IMG/VR virus record: IMGVR_UViG_2602041644_000001
Strand: one strand, 5' to 3'
Length of the DNA stretch: 31,107 nucleotides
Source: a virus
Lineage: Duplodnaviria > Heunggongvirae > Uroviricota > Caudoviricetes
Under the pieces are notes generated by a model, which had not been told where the DNA came from, ran no database searches, and saw nothing but the letters and a program-made list of their open reading frames with translations. The position numbers and the translations under genes were made by a program. Position 1 is the stretch's first letter. Every line of letters begins with the position of its first letter. This document shows, piece after piece, positions 17,423 to 28,082 of this stretch.

Positions 17423-17590
17423 ATGTTTGTGAAACCTGTTAAAGGGCGGTCAGTGCCTGACCCTGCCCGCGGTGACCTTTTGCCCACCGAAGGGCGAAAT
17501 GTTGACGAGAACAACTACTGGCTGCGCCGTGAAGCAGCGGGTGATATCCGGCGCGTGAATGAAAAGGTGAATACCGATGACGAGCTTTAA
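17423..17590 (+). CDS. Small DUF2635-like protein (55 aa) upstream of the tail sheath
   Basis: ATG 17423 to TAA 17588-17590 (MFVKPVKGRSVPDPARGDLLPTEGRNVDENNYWLRR...). Absent from the ORF track because it is under 60 aa. Confidence 0.6.
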   Translation: MFVKPVKGRSVPDPARGDLLPTEGRNVDENNYWLRREAAGDIRRVNEKVNTDDEL

Positions 17591-19070
17591 CACCATTCCG
17601 TCAAATACGCTGGTTCCGATTTTTTATGCGGAAATGGATAACTCGGCGGCGAATACTGCACAGGACAGCGGAGCATCGCTGCTGATTGGTCATGCCAATA
17701 ACGGTGCAGAGATTGTTGCCAACAGTCTGGTGCTGATGCCATCGGCAGACTATGCACGCCAGATTTGTGGTGCGGGAAGTCAGCTGGCGCGTATGGTCGA
17801 GGCTTATCGCCAGACCGACCCGTTTGGTGAGCTGTATGTGATTGCCGTTCCGGAAGCCACAGGCGCGGCGGCAACGGTTACGCTGACGGTGACCGGGGAA
17901 GCAACCGAAAGCGGCACGGTGAATGTTTATGTGGGACGTACCCGCGTGCAGGCACCGGTGACCAACGGCGATAACGTTGCGACGATTGCCAGCAGTATCC
18001 AGGATGCCATCAATGCCGTTCCGGCCCTGCCGTTTACGGCCTCATCTTCGGCTGGCGTGGTCACACTGACCGCGCGTCATAAGGGGCTTTGCGGGAATGA
18101 AATTCCTGTCAGCCTCAATTACTACGGCTTTGGTGGGGGCGAAGTGCTGCCAGCGGGCGTACAGATTGCCGTGGCGACGGGTACCGCCGGAACGGGTGCT
18201 CCGGTTCTCACCGGCGCGGTGGCTGCAATGGCGGATGAGCCGTTTGATTATATCGGCCTGCCGTTCAACGACACGGCCTCCGTTAACACGCTGGTGACCG
18301 AGATGAACGATACCAGCGGTCGCTGGAGCTATGCGCGTCAGCTGTATGGTCATGTGTATACGGCAAAGATCGGCACGCTGTCAGAACTGGTGACCGCAGG
18401 TGACCAGTTTAACCAGCAGCACATTACCCTGGCGGGGTACGAAAAAGACACCCAGACGCCTGCCGATGAGCTGGCGGCAAGCCGTACCGCCCGCGCAGCG
18501 GTGTTTATCCGCAACGATCCGGCACGTCCCACGCAGACCGGTGAGCTGGTGGGTATGCTGCCTGCGCCGAAGGGGAAACGGTTCACGATGACCGAACAAC
18601 AGACCCTGCTGTCTCATGGCGTGGCAACGGCGTATGTCGAAAGCGGGGTACTGCGCATTCAGCGTGATGTCACCACGTACAGGAAAAACGCTTACGGGGT
18701 TGCGGATAACAGCTATCTCGACAGCGAGACGCTGTATACCAGTGCGTATGTACTGCGCAAACTGAAATCCGTCATTACCAGTAAGTACGGGCGTCACAAG
18801 CTTGCCAGCGACGGTACCCGCTTTGGTCCCGGTCAGGCGATTGTCACCCCGGCGGTGATCAAAGGGGAACTGCTGGCAACCTACCGTCAGCTTGAGCGTG
18901 CGGGGATCGTGGAAAACTACGAACTGTTTAAGCAGTACCTGGTTGTGGAGCGTGATGCCAGCGATCCGAACCGCCTGAACACGCTGTTCCCGCCTGACTA
19001 TGTTAACCAGTTGCGTGTCTTTGCCGTGGTTAACCAGTTCCGTCTTCAGTATTCAGAGGAGTCTGCATAA
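17577..19070 (+). CDS. Tail sheath protein (Mu gpL-like)
   Basis: 497 aa. N-terminus MTSFNTIPSNTLVPIFYAEMDNS is characteristic of Mu-like sheath proteins. Confidence 0.9.
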   Translation: MTSFNTIPSNTLVPIFYAEMDNSAANTAQDSGASLLIGHANNGAEIVANSLVLMPSADYARQICGAGSQLARMVEAYRQTDPFGELYVIAVPEATGAAATVTLTVTGEATESGTVNVYVGRTRVQAPVTNGDNVATIASSIQDAINAVPALPFTASSSAGVVTLTARHKGLCGNEIPVSLNYYGFGGGEVLPAGVQIAVATGTAGTGAPVLTGAVAAMADEPFDYIGLPFNDTASVNTLVTEMNDTSGRWSYARQLYGHVYTAKIGTLSELVTAGDQFNQQHITLAGYEKDTQTPADELAASRTARAAVFIRNDPARPTQTGELVGMLPAPKGKRFTMTEQQTLLSHGVATAYVESGVLRIQRDVTTYRKNAYGVADNSYLDSETLYTSAYVLRKLKSVITSKYGRHKLASDGTRFGPGQAIVTPAVIKGELLATYRQLERAGIVENYELFKQYLVVERDASDPNRLNTLFPPDYVNQLRVFAVVNQFRLQYSEESA

Positions 19071-19426
19071 TGGCCCGTATCGGGGGAACCTGTTATTTCA
19101 AAATTGACGGTCAGCAGCTATCGCTGACCGGCGGCATTGAGGTGCCCATGAACAGGACGGTCAATGATGACATCATCGGCCTGGACGGTTCAGTGGACCG
19201 CAAGGAAACTCACCGTGCGCCTTATGTCAAAGGGACCTTCAAGGTGCCGAAGAATTTTCCGGTGAGCAAAATCACCTCGTCTGATGAGATGACCATCACT
19301 GCCGAGCTGGCGAACGGTCAGGTCTATGTATTGTCGTCCGCCTGGCTGCACGGCGAAGCGAACCATAATGCCGAAGAAGGCACGGTTGATCTTGAGTTCC
19401 ACGGTGAAGAAGGGGATTACCAGTAA
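19070..19426 (+). CDS. Tail tube protein (Mu gpM-like)
   Basis: 118 aa directly after the sheath gene. Confidence 0.85.
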   Translation: MARIGGTCYFKIDGQQLSLTGGIEVPMNRTVNDDIIGLDGSVDRKETHRAPYVKGTFKVPKNFPVSKITSSDEMTITAELANGQVYVLSSAWLHGEANHNAEEGTVDLEFHGEEGDYQ

Positions 19427-19695
19427 TGAAAGAGCTTGAGTTAAAGAAACCGATTATCGCTCATGGCGAGACACTCTCCGTACTGGAGTTTGATGAACCC
19501 ACCGGGAAGGATGTCCGCGAGCTGGGGTATCCCTACCAGATGAATCAGGATGAGTCCGTCAGACTTCTGGCGCATGTGGTGTCGAAATACATTGTGCGGC
19601 TGGCGAAAGTGCCGCAAAGCTCTGTCGACCAGATGTCTCCGGCAGACCTGAATGCAGCGGCGTGGCTTGTGGCTGGTTTTTTCCTCCAGGCCTGA
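19426..19695 (+). CDS. Tail assembly chaperone, short form
   Basis: 89 aa between the tube and tape-measure genes. Contains the slippery heptamer near its 3' end. Confidence 0.75.
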   Translation: MKELELKKPIIAHGETLSVLEFDEPTGKDVRELGYPYQMNQDESVRLLAHVVSKYIVRLAKVPQSSVDQMSPADLNAAAWLVAGFFLQA

Positions 19696-19844
19696 CGGCT
19701 GAATACCTCACTGATCGCTTCTTTGACTGCGCCAGCTACTGGCGCATTAATCCCTTCGAATTGCTGAATATGCCGATCAGTGAAATTCCCTTGCTGGTCA
19801 GTCAGGCAAACAGGATAGAGCAGGAGAAACGCACACATGGCTGA
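19426..19844 (+). CDS. Tail assembly chaperone, -1 frameshift fusion product
   Basis: Slippery heptamer T_TTT_TTC at 19677-19683 in the zero frame. The -1 frame is open to TGA at 19842-19844, ending at the tape-measure start. Confidence 0.6.
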
Positions 19845-21672
19845 ATTTGAGCTTAAGGCGTTGATCACCGGTGTCGACAGGCTTTCTCCCGCGCTGTCGA
19901 AAATGCAAAAGAAAATCCGGGGATTTAAACGCCAGGCGGAAGAAGCGTCACAGGGTGGGCTGGCGCTTGGTGGCGGACTGGCAGCGGGTCTGACGCTTTC
20001 CCTGAAATCTTATGCCGATCAGGAAAACGCCGCCACCGGGCTGAAAGTCGCCATGATGGATGCGAACGGCGAGGTTGGAAAGAGCTTTCAGGACATCAAT
20101 AAACTGGCTATTGGCCTGGGTAACCAGCTACCCGGTACAACGGCTGATTTCCAGAACATGATGCAGATGCTGGTGCGTCAGGGGATCCCGGCAGAAAACA
20201 TTCTTGGTGGTGTGGGTAAAGCGACAGCTTATCTTGCGGTACAACTGAAAAAAACACCGGAAGCGGCTGCTGAGTTTGCTGCAAAGATGCAGGATGCTAC
20301 CGGAACGGCCTCAGAAGACATGATGGGGCTGTTCGACACAATTCAGAAGGCGTTTTATCTGGGCGTTGACGACACCAACATGTTGTCATTCTTCACTAAA
20401 ACCAGCTCTGTTCTGAAGATGGTGAACAAGGACGGTCTTCAGGCTGCACAGAGTCTTGCCCCCATCAGTGTCATGATGGATCAGATGGGGATGAACGGGG
20501 AGTCGGCAGGTAATGCCCTGCGAAAAGTTATCCAGTCCGGATTAAGCGTTAAGAAAATCAGGGACGTCAATAAAATCATGGCCCGCCAGAAACTCGGGGT
20601 ACAGCTCGATTTTACTGATGGCAAAGGGAGTTTTGGCGGTCTTGATAACATGTTCAGGCAACTGGCAAAGCTGCGAAAACTGACCGACGTTAAGCGAACC
20701 GGTGTACTTAAGGCAATATTTGGTGATGATGCCGAAACCCTTCAGGTGGTCAATGCGCTGATCGATAAAGGAAAGGATGGCTACGATCAGATCCAGCAGA
20801 AGATGAATAAACAGGCCAGCCTGAATAAACGTGTTCAGGCCCAGCTTGGTACGCTGTCCAACCTGTGGGAGGCAATGACGGGGACCGCAACTAACGGCCT
20901 TGCGGCTATTGGCGGCGCATTTTCTGGTGACGCTAAGAACATCACGCAGTGGCTGGGGGAGTTGGGGGAGAAATTCACGAAGTTTGCGGATGAAAATCCC
21001 CGGGTTATTCGCGGCGTCGTCGGGCTTGCTGCCGGTCTTGCGATTCTGAAACTGGGATTGATGGGCGTGGGCGGTGCCATCAGTATTGTCAGCAGGATCA
21101 TGTCGATGACGCCGATTGGCATGATTGCGACGGCGATTGCTCTGGCTGCGGGATTAATTATCACTAACTGGGATGTTGTCGGACCTTATTTCAAGAAGCT
21201 CTGGGAAACTATTGGTCCTTATTTTGAGGCAGGCTGGGAACTTCTGAAGAAGGTTTTTGCCTGGTCGCCGCTGGGGATGGTGATCAATAACTGGGGACCG
21301 GTTGTTAAGTGGTTTCAGGATATGTGGGACAAGCTGAAGCCGATTATTGAATGGTTTACCGACAGTTCCGGTGACACGGTCGATGCCATTAACTCGGCGC
21401 AGTGGGGCGCGGGTGCTTATGATGCTTATGGGACGGGAATACCGCCACGGGGATACACTCCTTATCCGGCGGTGGATCCGGCTCAGGCAAACAACGCCTC
21501 CGGTGCCACAGGCCCGAATCCCTTCATGATCAACAAAGCTTCTGCGCCAAAAGTTGATGGTGAGATCAAGGTCTCTTTTGTGAATTCGCCTCCGGGTATG
21601 CGGGTTATGGAAACGCGATCCAGCGGTTTTGATGTCAGCCATGATGTTGGCTATACGCGCTTTGGCAGGTAA
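19837..21672 (+). CDS. Tail tape measure protein
   Basis: 611 aa, helical N-terminal half and Gly/hydrophobic C-terminal segments, in the canonical position. Confidence 0.9.
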   Translation: MAEFELKALITGVDRLSPALSKMQKKIRGFKRQAEEASQGGLALGGGLAAGLTLSLKSYADQENAATGLKVAMMDANGEVGKSFQDINKLAIGLGNQLPGTTADFQNMMQMLVRQGIPAENILGGVGKATAYLAVQLKKTPEAAAEFAAKMQDATGTASEDMMGLFDTIQKAFYLGVDDTNMLSFFTKTSSVLKMVNKDGLQAAQSLAPISVMMDQMGMNGESAGNALRKVIQSGLSVKKIRDVNKIMARQKLGVQLDFTDGKGSFGGLDNMFRQLAKLRKLTDVKRTGVLKAIFGDDAETLQVVNALIDKGKDGYDQIQQKMNKQASLNKRVQAQLGTLSNLWEAMTGTATNGLAAIGGAFSGDAKNITQWLGELGEKFTKFADENPRVIRGVVGLAAGLAILKLGLMGVGGAISIVSRIMSMTPIGMIATAIALAAGLIITNWDVVGPYFKKLWETIGPYFEAGWELLKKVFAWSPLGMVINNWGPVVKWFQDMWDKLKPIIEWFTDSSGDTVDAINSAQWGAGAYDAYGTGIPPRGYTPYPAVDPAQANNASGATGPNPFMINKASAPKVDGEIKVSFVNSPPGMRVMETRSSGFDVSHDVGYTRFGR

Positions 21673-21732
21673 TGAAAAATTAATCTGTTAATGAGTCCCA
21701 CTCCGGTGGGATTTTTTATGTACGGAGTTTAT

Positions 21733-23061
21733 ATGACGTGGAAAGACAGGCTTCAGGACGCGTCATTTCGCGGTGTGCCGTTTAAGGTTGAAGAAGAAAG
21801 TGCGGGAACCGGTCGCCGTGTGGAAACACACGAATATCCGAACCGCGACAAGCCCTATACCGAAGACCTGGGGAAAATCACTTTTCGCCCGTCCATCACG
21901 GCTTATGTGGTGGGAGATGACTGCTTTGACCAGCGTGATCGCCTGATTGACGCGCTGAATAAACCCGGTCCCGGCACGCTTGTCCATCCGACTTACGGTG
22001 AGCTGAAAGTCTGTGTTGACGGAGAGGTTCGGGTCAGCACATCGAAGAGTGAAGGGCGTATTGTCCGCTTTGACCTGAAGTTTGTCGAAGCGGGAGAACT
22101 CTCTTACCCCACATCAGGTGCGGCGACGGCGCAGACGCTGATGTCATCCTGTTCTGCACTGGATGACTGCATCAGTGACAGTTTCAGTGGTTTCAGTATC
22201 GATGGCGTGGCAGATTTTGTGCAGAACGACGTCGTCGGTAATGCCAGCACAATGCTTGGGTATGTTTCTGATGCGATGAAAGTGGTGGATTCTGCCGTAT
22301 CGGATGCCGCCAGGCTGTTGCAGGGGGATATCTCGGTACTTCTGCCGCCGCCATCGTCAGGCAAAAATTTCGTTGAGCAGGTGCAGAAAATGTGGCGTAC
22401 CGGGAAACGCCTTTATGGTAACGCCAGCGACCTGGTCACCATGATCAAAACGCTTTCCGGTGTCAGCCTCGGCAGCGATCTGCAACCGCGCGGCGTCTGG
22501 AAAACGGACAGTAAAACCACCGCCACGGCGACGCAGCAGCGTAACGTGGTTGCCAGTACCCTTCGTACGACCGCAATCAGCGAAGCGGCGTATGCCGTCA
22601 CACGATTGCCTGCGCCCACAACTTCCGCGGTGATGCAGAATGCCACAGTGGGGCAGTCAACAACACCCGCGCAGAGCACCGGCTGGCCTTCTGTCACGCA
22701 TCCGGCACTGAACAATGCACCGGCGGTGAAAAACACGGTTGACCTGCCAACGTGGGAAGAACTGACCGACATTCGCGACACGCTGAATACGGCAATTGAT
22801 AAGGAGTTGTCCCGTACAACCAGTGATGCGCTGTTTCTGGCACTGCGCCGGGTGAAAGCAGATCTGAATGCGGATATCAACACGCGCCTTGAACAGTCTG
22901 CACGGATCATTCAGCGCACGCCGGATGAGGTCTTACCCGCGCTGGTGCTGGCGGCGACCTGGTTTGATAACGCGGCGCGTGACGCGGACATTATCCGGCG
23001 TAATGCCATTAAACATCCCGGCTTTGTGCCGGTGATCCCTCTGAAGGTGCCAGTGCAATGA
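21733..23061 (+). CDS. DNA circularisation protein (Mu N-like)
   Basis: N-terminus MTWKDRLQDASFRGVPF typical of Mu N-like proteins. ATG 21733 preferred over 21691. Confidence 0.8.
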   Translation: MTWKDRLQDASFRGVPFKVEEESAGTGRRVETHEYPNRDKPYTEDLGKITFRPSITAYVVGDDCFDQRDRLIDALNKPGPGTLVHPTYGELKVCVDGEVRVSTSKSEGRIVRFDLKFVEAGELSYPTSGAATAQTLMSSCSALDDCISDSFSGFSIDGVADFVQNDVVGNASTMLGYVSDAMKVVDSAVSDAARLLQGDISVLLPPPSSGKNFVEQVQKMWRTGKRLYGNASDLVTMIKTLSGVSLGSDLQPRGVWKTDSKTTATATQQRNVVASTLRTTAISEAAYAVTRLPAPTTSAVMQNATVGQSTTPAQSTGWPSVTHPALNNAPAVKNTVDLPTWEELTDIRDTLNTAIDKELSRTTSDALFLALRRVKADLNADINTRLEQSARIIQRTPDEVLPALVLAATWFDNAARDADIIRRNAIKHPGFVPVIPLKVPVQ

Positions 23062-24137
23062 ACGATAACGTCACGCTACGGGTAAATGGCCGGGAGTGGA
23101 ATGGCTGGACATCGGTGCGCATCGGTGCCGGTATTGAACGGCTGGCGCGGGATTTCAGTGTGGAGATCACCCGCCAGTGGCCGGGAGATGAGGGTATCAC
23201 CACGCTTCAGCCGCGCATTAAAAATGGTTCAAAAGTGGAAGTGCTGATTGGTGATGAGCTGGTGATCACCGGCTGGGTGGAGGCGACCCCCGTTCGTTAC
23301 GATGCCCGTTCGGTCAGCACCGGTATTGCCGGACGTAGTCTGACTGCTGACCTGATTGACTGTGCAGCCGAACCGACACAGTTTAACGGACGATCGCTGG
23401 TACAGATTGCGCAGGCGCTTGCTGCGCCTTTCGGCATTGAGGTGGTGAACAACGGTGCGCCGTCGGGTGTTATTCCTGATGTCCAGCCTGATCACGGTGA
23501 AACGGTGATTGAGGTAATCAACAAAATACTCGGTCAGCAGCAGGCACTGGCTTACGACGACCCGCACGGCAGGCTGGTGATTGGCGGTATTGGCTCAACG
23601 CGGGCACATACTGCGCTGGTACTCGGGGAAAACATCCTTTCCTGCGATACGGAGAAGAGTATCCGGGAGCGGTTTTCTGTTTACCAGGTGGCGGGGCAGC
23701 GTGCCGGAAACGACGATGATTTCGGTGAGGCCACCACCACCGCGCTGCGGGCCCGCACAGAGGACGCATTTATTGCCCGTTACCGTCCGATGTATATCAG
23801 GCAGACAGGGCAGGCTACGGGGGCAGGCTGTATTGCCCGTGCGGACTTTGAAGCCAAACAACGGGCGGCGCGGACGGATGAAACCACCTATGTGGTGCAG
23901 GGCTGGCGACAGGGTAACGGTACGCTGTGGCAGCCCAACCAGCGGGTGATTGTCTTTGATCCGGTCTGTGGTTTCGACAATACCGAACTGCTTGTTTCGG
24001 AAGTCACGTTTACTCAGGACCAGAACGGCACCCTGACGGAAATCCGTGTCGGCCCACCTGATGCTTATCTGCCTGAACCCGAAGCCCCCGGCGCGCGGAA
24101 AAAGAAAAAAGCCAGAGTACAGGAGGACCCGTTCTGA
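23058..24137 (+). CDS. Mu gpP-like tail / baseplate hub protein
   Basis: 359 aa in the Mu-like order N-P-45-46-47-48. Confidence 0.8.
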   Translation: MNDNVTLRVNGREWNGWTSVRIGAGIERLARDFSVEITRQWPGDEGITTLQPRIKNGSKVEVLIGDELVITGWVEATPVRYDARSVSTGIAGRSLTADLIDCAAEPTQFNGRSLVQIAQALAAPFGIEVVNNGAPSGVIPDVQPDHGETVIEVINKILGQQQALAYDDPHGRLVIGGIGSTRAHTALVLGENILSCDTEKSIRERFSVYQVAGQRAGNDDDFGEATTTALRARTEDAFIARYRPMYIRQTGQATGAGCIARADFEAKQRAARTDETTYVVQGWRQGNGTLWQPNQRVIVFDPVCGFDNTELLVSEVTFTQDQNGTLTEIRVGPPDAYLPEPEAPGARKKKKARVQEDPF

Positions 24138-24685
24138 TGAGGACGATTGAAGCCATGCAGCGACAACTCCTCGGCCTGATTGGGCGGGCCGTGGTGAAAA
24201 GCATCAGTGCCGCCACGAAATGTCAGACCGTGGATGTGTCTCTGATTGCCGGTGAACCCAAAGCCGGGGTTGAACATCTTGAACCCTACGGTTTTACCGC
24301 AAGGGCAAACAGCGGTGCGGAAGCGGTGGTGTTGTTTCCGGATGGCGACCGTTCTCATGCGGTGGTTGTTACGGTGTCGGACCGGCGCTACCGCCTGAAA
24401 GGGCTGCAGACGGGTGAGGTGGCTGTCTATGACGATCAGGGGCAGTCCGTGACGCTGACCCGGGAGGGGATCGTGGTGGACGGTGCAGGTAAAACGATCA
24501 CGTTTCGCAATTCACCTAAAGCACGTTTTGAAATGGACCTGGAAGTGACCGGACAGGTGAAAGACCTGTGCGACTCCAGCGGCACCACCATGTCAGCGAT
24601 GCGGCTTGCCTATAACGGGCATCGTCACAGAGAGAACGGTCAGGGCAGTAACACCGACAAACCTGATAAAGCAATGGAGGCATGA
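24137..24685 (+). CDS. Baseplate spike / assembly protein V (Mu gp45-like)
   Basis: 182 aa gpV-like protein with coupled start. Confidence 0.8.
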   Translation: MRTIEAMQRQLLGLIGRAVVKSISAATKCQTVDVSLIAGEPKAGVEHLEPYGFTARANSGAEAVVLFPDGDRSHAVVVTVSDRRYRLKGLQTGEVAVYDDQGQSVTLTREGIVVDGAGKTITFRNSPKARFEMDLEVTGQVKDLCDSSGTTMSAMRLAYNGHRHRENGQGSNTDKPDKAMEA

Positions 24686-25110
24686 TGGAACTGTGGCTGA
24701 TGGTGAACGGTAAACGCACCTGCGCCAGCACACCGCTGGATCCGCTGACCCGCGCCGTGGTGATTTCCCTGTTTACCTGGCGGCGGGCGGAGCCTGATGA
24801 CAACGCCGACGTCCCGATGGGATGGTGGGGGGATACCTGGCCTGCGGTACAGAATGACCGTTACGGCTCCCGGCTGTGGCTGCTTCAGCGCAGCAAACTG
24901 ACCAATCAGCTGGTGCAGACGGTAAGGGGGTATATCCGCGAATGCCTGCAATGGATGATTGATGACGGTGTGGTGTCCCGTATTGATCTGGATATCCGCC
25001 GCACCGGGATTAATGAACTGGGTAACAGTATCACTCTCTGGCGTCGTGACGGACCGGTAATGATTTCTTTTGATGATCTGTGGAGTGCGATAACGCATGG
25101 CGGACAGTGA
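24682..25110 (+). CDS. GP46-family baseplate protein (Mu gp46-like)
   Basis: 142 aa in conserved position. Confidence 0.75.
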   Translation: MMELWLMVNGKRTCASTPLDPLTRAVVISLFTWRRAEPDDNADVPMGWWGDTWPAVQNDRYGSRLWLLQRSKLTNQLVQTVRGYIRECLQWMIDDGVVSRIDLDIRRTGINELGNSITLWRRDGPVMISFDDLWSAITHGGQ

Positions 25111-26155
25111 ATTTCAGCGCCCGACGCTGGCAGAAAATATCAGTATGCTCCGTAACGATTTATTCGCCAGGCTGGACGTCAGCGACACGCTCCGGCGCAT
25201 GGATGAAGACGTGCGGGCAAAGGTGTATGCGGCGGCGCTGCATACGGTTTACGGGTACATCGATTATCTGGCAATGAACATGCTGCCTGACCTGTGCGAT
25301 GAGTCCTGGCTGGCGCGACATGCTGCGATGAAACGGTGTCCGCGCAAGGGGGCCACGGCTGCCAGCGGGTATATGCGCTGGGAAGGTGTCAGCGATGGCC
25401 TGAAAGTGACCGCCGGGAGCGTGATTCAGCGCGATGACCTGGTTCAGTACACGGCAACTGCCGATGCAACCAGCTCCGGTGGTGTCCTGCGCGTGCCGAT
25501 CGCCTGCTCAAGTGCAGGCGCGGTCGGTAACGCTGACGACGGTACGGCATTAATCCTGGTCACGCCGGTGAATGGTCTGCCGTCTTCCGGTGTGGCTGAC
25601 ACTCTGACAGGCGGATTTGATACTGAAGATCTGGAAACGTGGCGCGCCCGCGTCATTGAGCGGTATTACTGGACGCCGCAGGGCGGGGCTGACGGGGACT
25701 ATGTCGTCTGGGCTAAAGAAGTGCCCGGCATTACCCGCGCATGGACATACCGTCACTGGATGGGAACGGGAACTGTCGGTGTGATGATTGCCGGCAGTGA
25801 CCTGATTAATCCCATTCCGGAAGAATCAACGGAAACGGCGGCAAGACAACACATCGAGCCACTGGCCCCGGTGGCAGGCTCTGATTTGTATGTGTTCAGG
25901 CCGGTGGCGCATACGGTGGATTTTCATATCCGCGTGACGCCGGACACACCGGAAATACGGGCTGCCATCACCGCGGAGTTGCGTTCGTTCCTGCTGCGTG
26001 ATGGTTATCCGCAGGGAGAACTGAAGGTGTCACGTATCAGTGAAGCGATTTCCGGTGCGAACGGGGAATACAGCCATCAGTTGCTTGCTCCGGCGGACAA
26101 TATCTCCATTGCGAAAAATGAACTGGCGGTTCTGGGGACGATTTCATGGACGTGA
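25097..26155 (+). CDS. Baseplate J-like protein (Mu gp47-like)
   Basis: 352 aa in conserved position. Confidence 0.85.
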   Translation: MADSEFQRPTLAENISMLRNDLFARLDVSDTLRRMDEDVRAKVYAAALHTVYGYIDYLAMNMLPDLCDESWLARHAAMKRCPRKGATAASGYMRWEGVSDGLKVTAGSVIQRDDLVQYTATADATSSGGVLRVPIACSSAGAVGNADDGTALILVTPVNGLPSSGVADTLTGGFDTEDLETWRARVIERYYWTPQGGADGDYVVWAKEVPGITRAWTYRHWMGTGTVGVMIAGSDLINPIPEESTETAARQHIEPLAPVAGSDLYVFRPVAHTVDFHIRVTPDTPEIRAAITAELRSFLLRDGYPQGELKVSRISEAISGANGEYSHQLLAPADNISIAKNELAVLGTISWT

Positions 26156-26730
26156 CAAACGATGATTACATCCGCCTGTTATCGGCACTGTTGCCGCCCG
26201 GTCCGGCGTGGTCAGCCAGCGATCCGGCGATTGCCGGTGCGGCGCCTTCATTAACCCGTGTTCATCAGCGTGCGGATGCCCTGATGCGGGAGCTGGATCC
26301 GCGCACCACCACCGAACTGATAAATCGCTGGGAGCGTCTGTGCGGTCTGCCGGATGAATGTATTCCCACAGGGACACAGACCCTTCGCCAGCGTCAGCAA
26401 CGGCTGGATGCGAAGGTTAACCTGGCGGGCGGCATCAACGAGGATTTTTACCTTGCCCAGCTTGCTGCCCTGGGCAGACCAGACGCCAGCATCACGCGAT
26501 ACGACAAAAGCACGTTCACCTGCTCATCGGCCTGTACTGACGCGGTGAATGCGCCGGAATGGCGGTATTACTGGCAGGTCAACATGGCAGCTGCCACCAA
26601 CACCACCTGGATGACATGTGGCGATCCCTGTGATTCCGCACTGCGTATCTGGGGCGACACCGTTGTCGAGTGTGTGCTTAACAAACTCTGCCCGTCGCAT
26701 ACCTACGTAATTTTTAAATATCCGGAGTAA
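26146..26730 (+). CDS. Tail protein, Mu gp48-like / YmfQ-like (DUF2313)
   Basis: 194 aa resembling e14 YmfQ-type proteins, directly upstream of the tail fibre gene. Confidence 0.8.
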   Translation: MDVTNDDYIRLLSALLPPGPAWSASDPAIAGAAPSLTRVHQRADALMRELDPRTTTELINRWERLCGLPDECIPTGTQTLRQRQQRLDAKVNLAGGINEDFYLAQLAALGRPDASITRYDKSTFTCSSACTDAVNAPEWRYYWQVNMAAATNTTWMTCGDPCDSALRIWGDTVVECVLNKLCPSHTYVIFKYPE

Positions 26731-26733
26731 TCC

Positions 26734-27489
26734 ATGCATCGTATAGACACGAAAACCGCGCAGAAGGATAAGTTCGGCGCGGGTAAGAACGGTTTTACCC
26801 GTGGTAACCCCCAGACCGGCACACCTGCCACCGATCTGGATGATGACTACTTTGACATGTTGCAGGAGGAGCTTTGCGGCGTGGTGGAGGCATCCGGTGC
26901 CAGCCTGGAGAAGGGGCGGCACGACCAGCTGCTTACCGCGCTTAGTGCGCTACTGTTAAGCCGCAAAAATCCGTTTGGCGATATCAAATCGGACGGCACG
27001 GTGAAAACGGCTCTCGAAAACCTTGGTTTGGGAGAAGGCTCTGCATTACCTGTTGGTGTGCCTGTTCCGTGGCCCTCAGCCACTCCGCCAACAGGCTGGC
27101 TAAAATGCAACGGAGCAGCTTTTTCTGCTGAAGAATACCCGGAACTGGCAAAGGCTTACCCGACAAATAAATTGCCTGATTTACGCGGTGAATTTATTCG
27201 TGGCTGGGATGACGGACGTGGAGTGGATGCCGGGCGACAATTATTATCTTCACAGGGGGATGCAATAAGAAATATTGAGGGATTCGCAGATGGCGGGATC
27301 GGCATGTCTTTTGATGCAATCAGAGGGGCTTTTTACGATGCAGGAACACGATCAGCGAGAATGCCGAATAACACAACTGATATAGGCAAAACCGATGACC
27401 TTGGATTCGACGCCTCTCGTGTCGTGCCAACAGCTAATGAAAACCGTCCACGTAACATCGCCTTTAATTATATTGTGAGGGCTGCATAA
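26734..27489 (+). CDS. Tail fibre protein: constant N-terminal part fused to the currently expressed variable C-terminal cassette
   Basis: The constant part ends at the recombination site near codon ~97 (…LENLGLGE). The downstream part lies inside the invertible segment. Confidence 0.8.
   Translation: MHRIDTKTAQKDKFGAGKNGFTRGNPQTGTPATDLDDDYFDMLQEELCGVVEASGASLEKGRHDQLLTALSALLLSRKNPFGDIKSDGTVKTALENLGLGEGSALPVGVPVPWPSATPPTGWLKCNGAAFSAEEYPELAKAYPTNKLPDLRGEFIRGWDDGRGVDAGRQLLSSQGDAIRNIEGFADGGIGMSFDAIRGAFYDAGTRSARMPNNTTDIGKTDDLGFDASRVVPTANENRPRNIAFNYIVRAA
27011..27037. repeat. Left inversion crossover site (gix/pix-like)
   Basis: CTCTCGAAAACCTTGGTTTGGGAGAAG. The 15-nt TTGGTTTGGGAGAAG is the exact reverse complement of 28841-28855 and the site resembles hix/gix half-sites. 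Confidence 0.65.
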
Positions 27490-28082
27490 TGAAACCTGTT
27501 TTTGATGAAAATGGGCTGGCTACAGTGCCGGGTGATATGCGTTGTTATTATTATGATGCAGTAACGTCTGAATATACGGGCTGGTCTGATGAATATATTA
27601 ATACTGGCGTAAGTATGCCCGCCTGTTCCACTGGTATTGACCCGGGCGAATACATTCCGGGGCAAGTGGCAGTATTCACGGGTAAGGGATGGAGCCATGA
27701 AGAAGACCATCGCAATGAGACTGTTTACTCAACAGAAAATGGCGCAGCTGTTACAGTGGATTATATCGGTGCCATCAAAGACGGTTATGTCACGCTTTCA
27801 CCGTTAACGCCATACGATAAATGGGATGGTGAGAAATGGGTGACAGATACTGAGGCACAGCATAGTGCCGCACTAGACGCGGCAGAAGCACAGCGCCAGT
27901 CGCTGATTGATGCTGCAATGGCTTCCATCAGTCTGATTCAACTGAAATTACAGGCCGGGCGGAAGCTGACGCAGGCAGAAACAACCCGACTTAACGCCGT
28001 GCTGGATTATATTGACGCGGTGACGGTAACAGATACCAGCACTGCGCCGGATGTCATCTGGCCTGAACTGCCGGAGGCGTAG
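27489..28082 (+). CDS. Tail fibre assembly protein (Tfa) for the expressed cassette
   Basis: 197 aa with a typical Tfa C-terminus (…DTSTAPDVIWPELPEA). Start coupled to the fibre gene stop. Confidence 0.8.
   Translation: MKPVFDENGLATVPGDMRCYYYDAVTSEYTGWSDEYINTGVSMPACSTGIDPGEYIPGQVAVFTGKGWSHEEDHRNETVYSTENGAAVTVDYIGAIKDGYVTLSPLTPYDKWDGEKWVTDTEAQHSAALDAAEAQRQSLIDAAMASISLIQLKLQAGRKLTQAETTRLNAVLDYIDAVTVTDTSTAPDVIWPELPEA

Noticed and set aside
21691-21732. Earlier ATG (21691) for the Mu N-like DNA circularisation protein
   Set aside because: No RBS precedes it and the encoded residues are hydrophobic and unconserved-looking. ATG 21733 follows a GGAG and gives a typical N-terminus. This remains uncertain.
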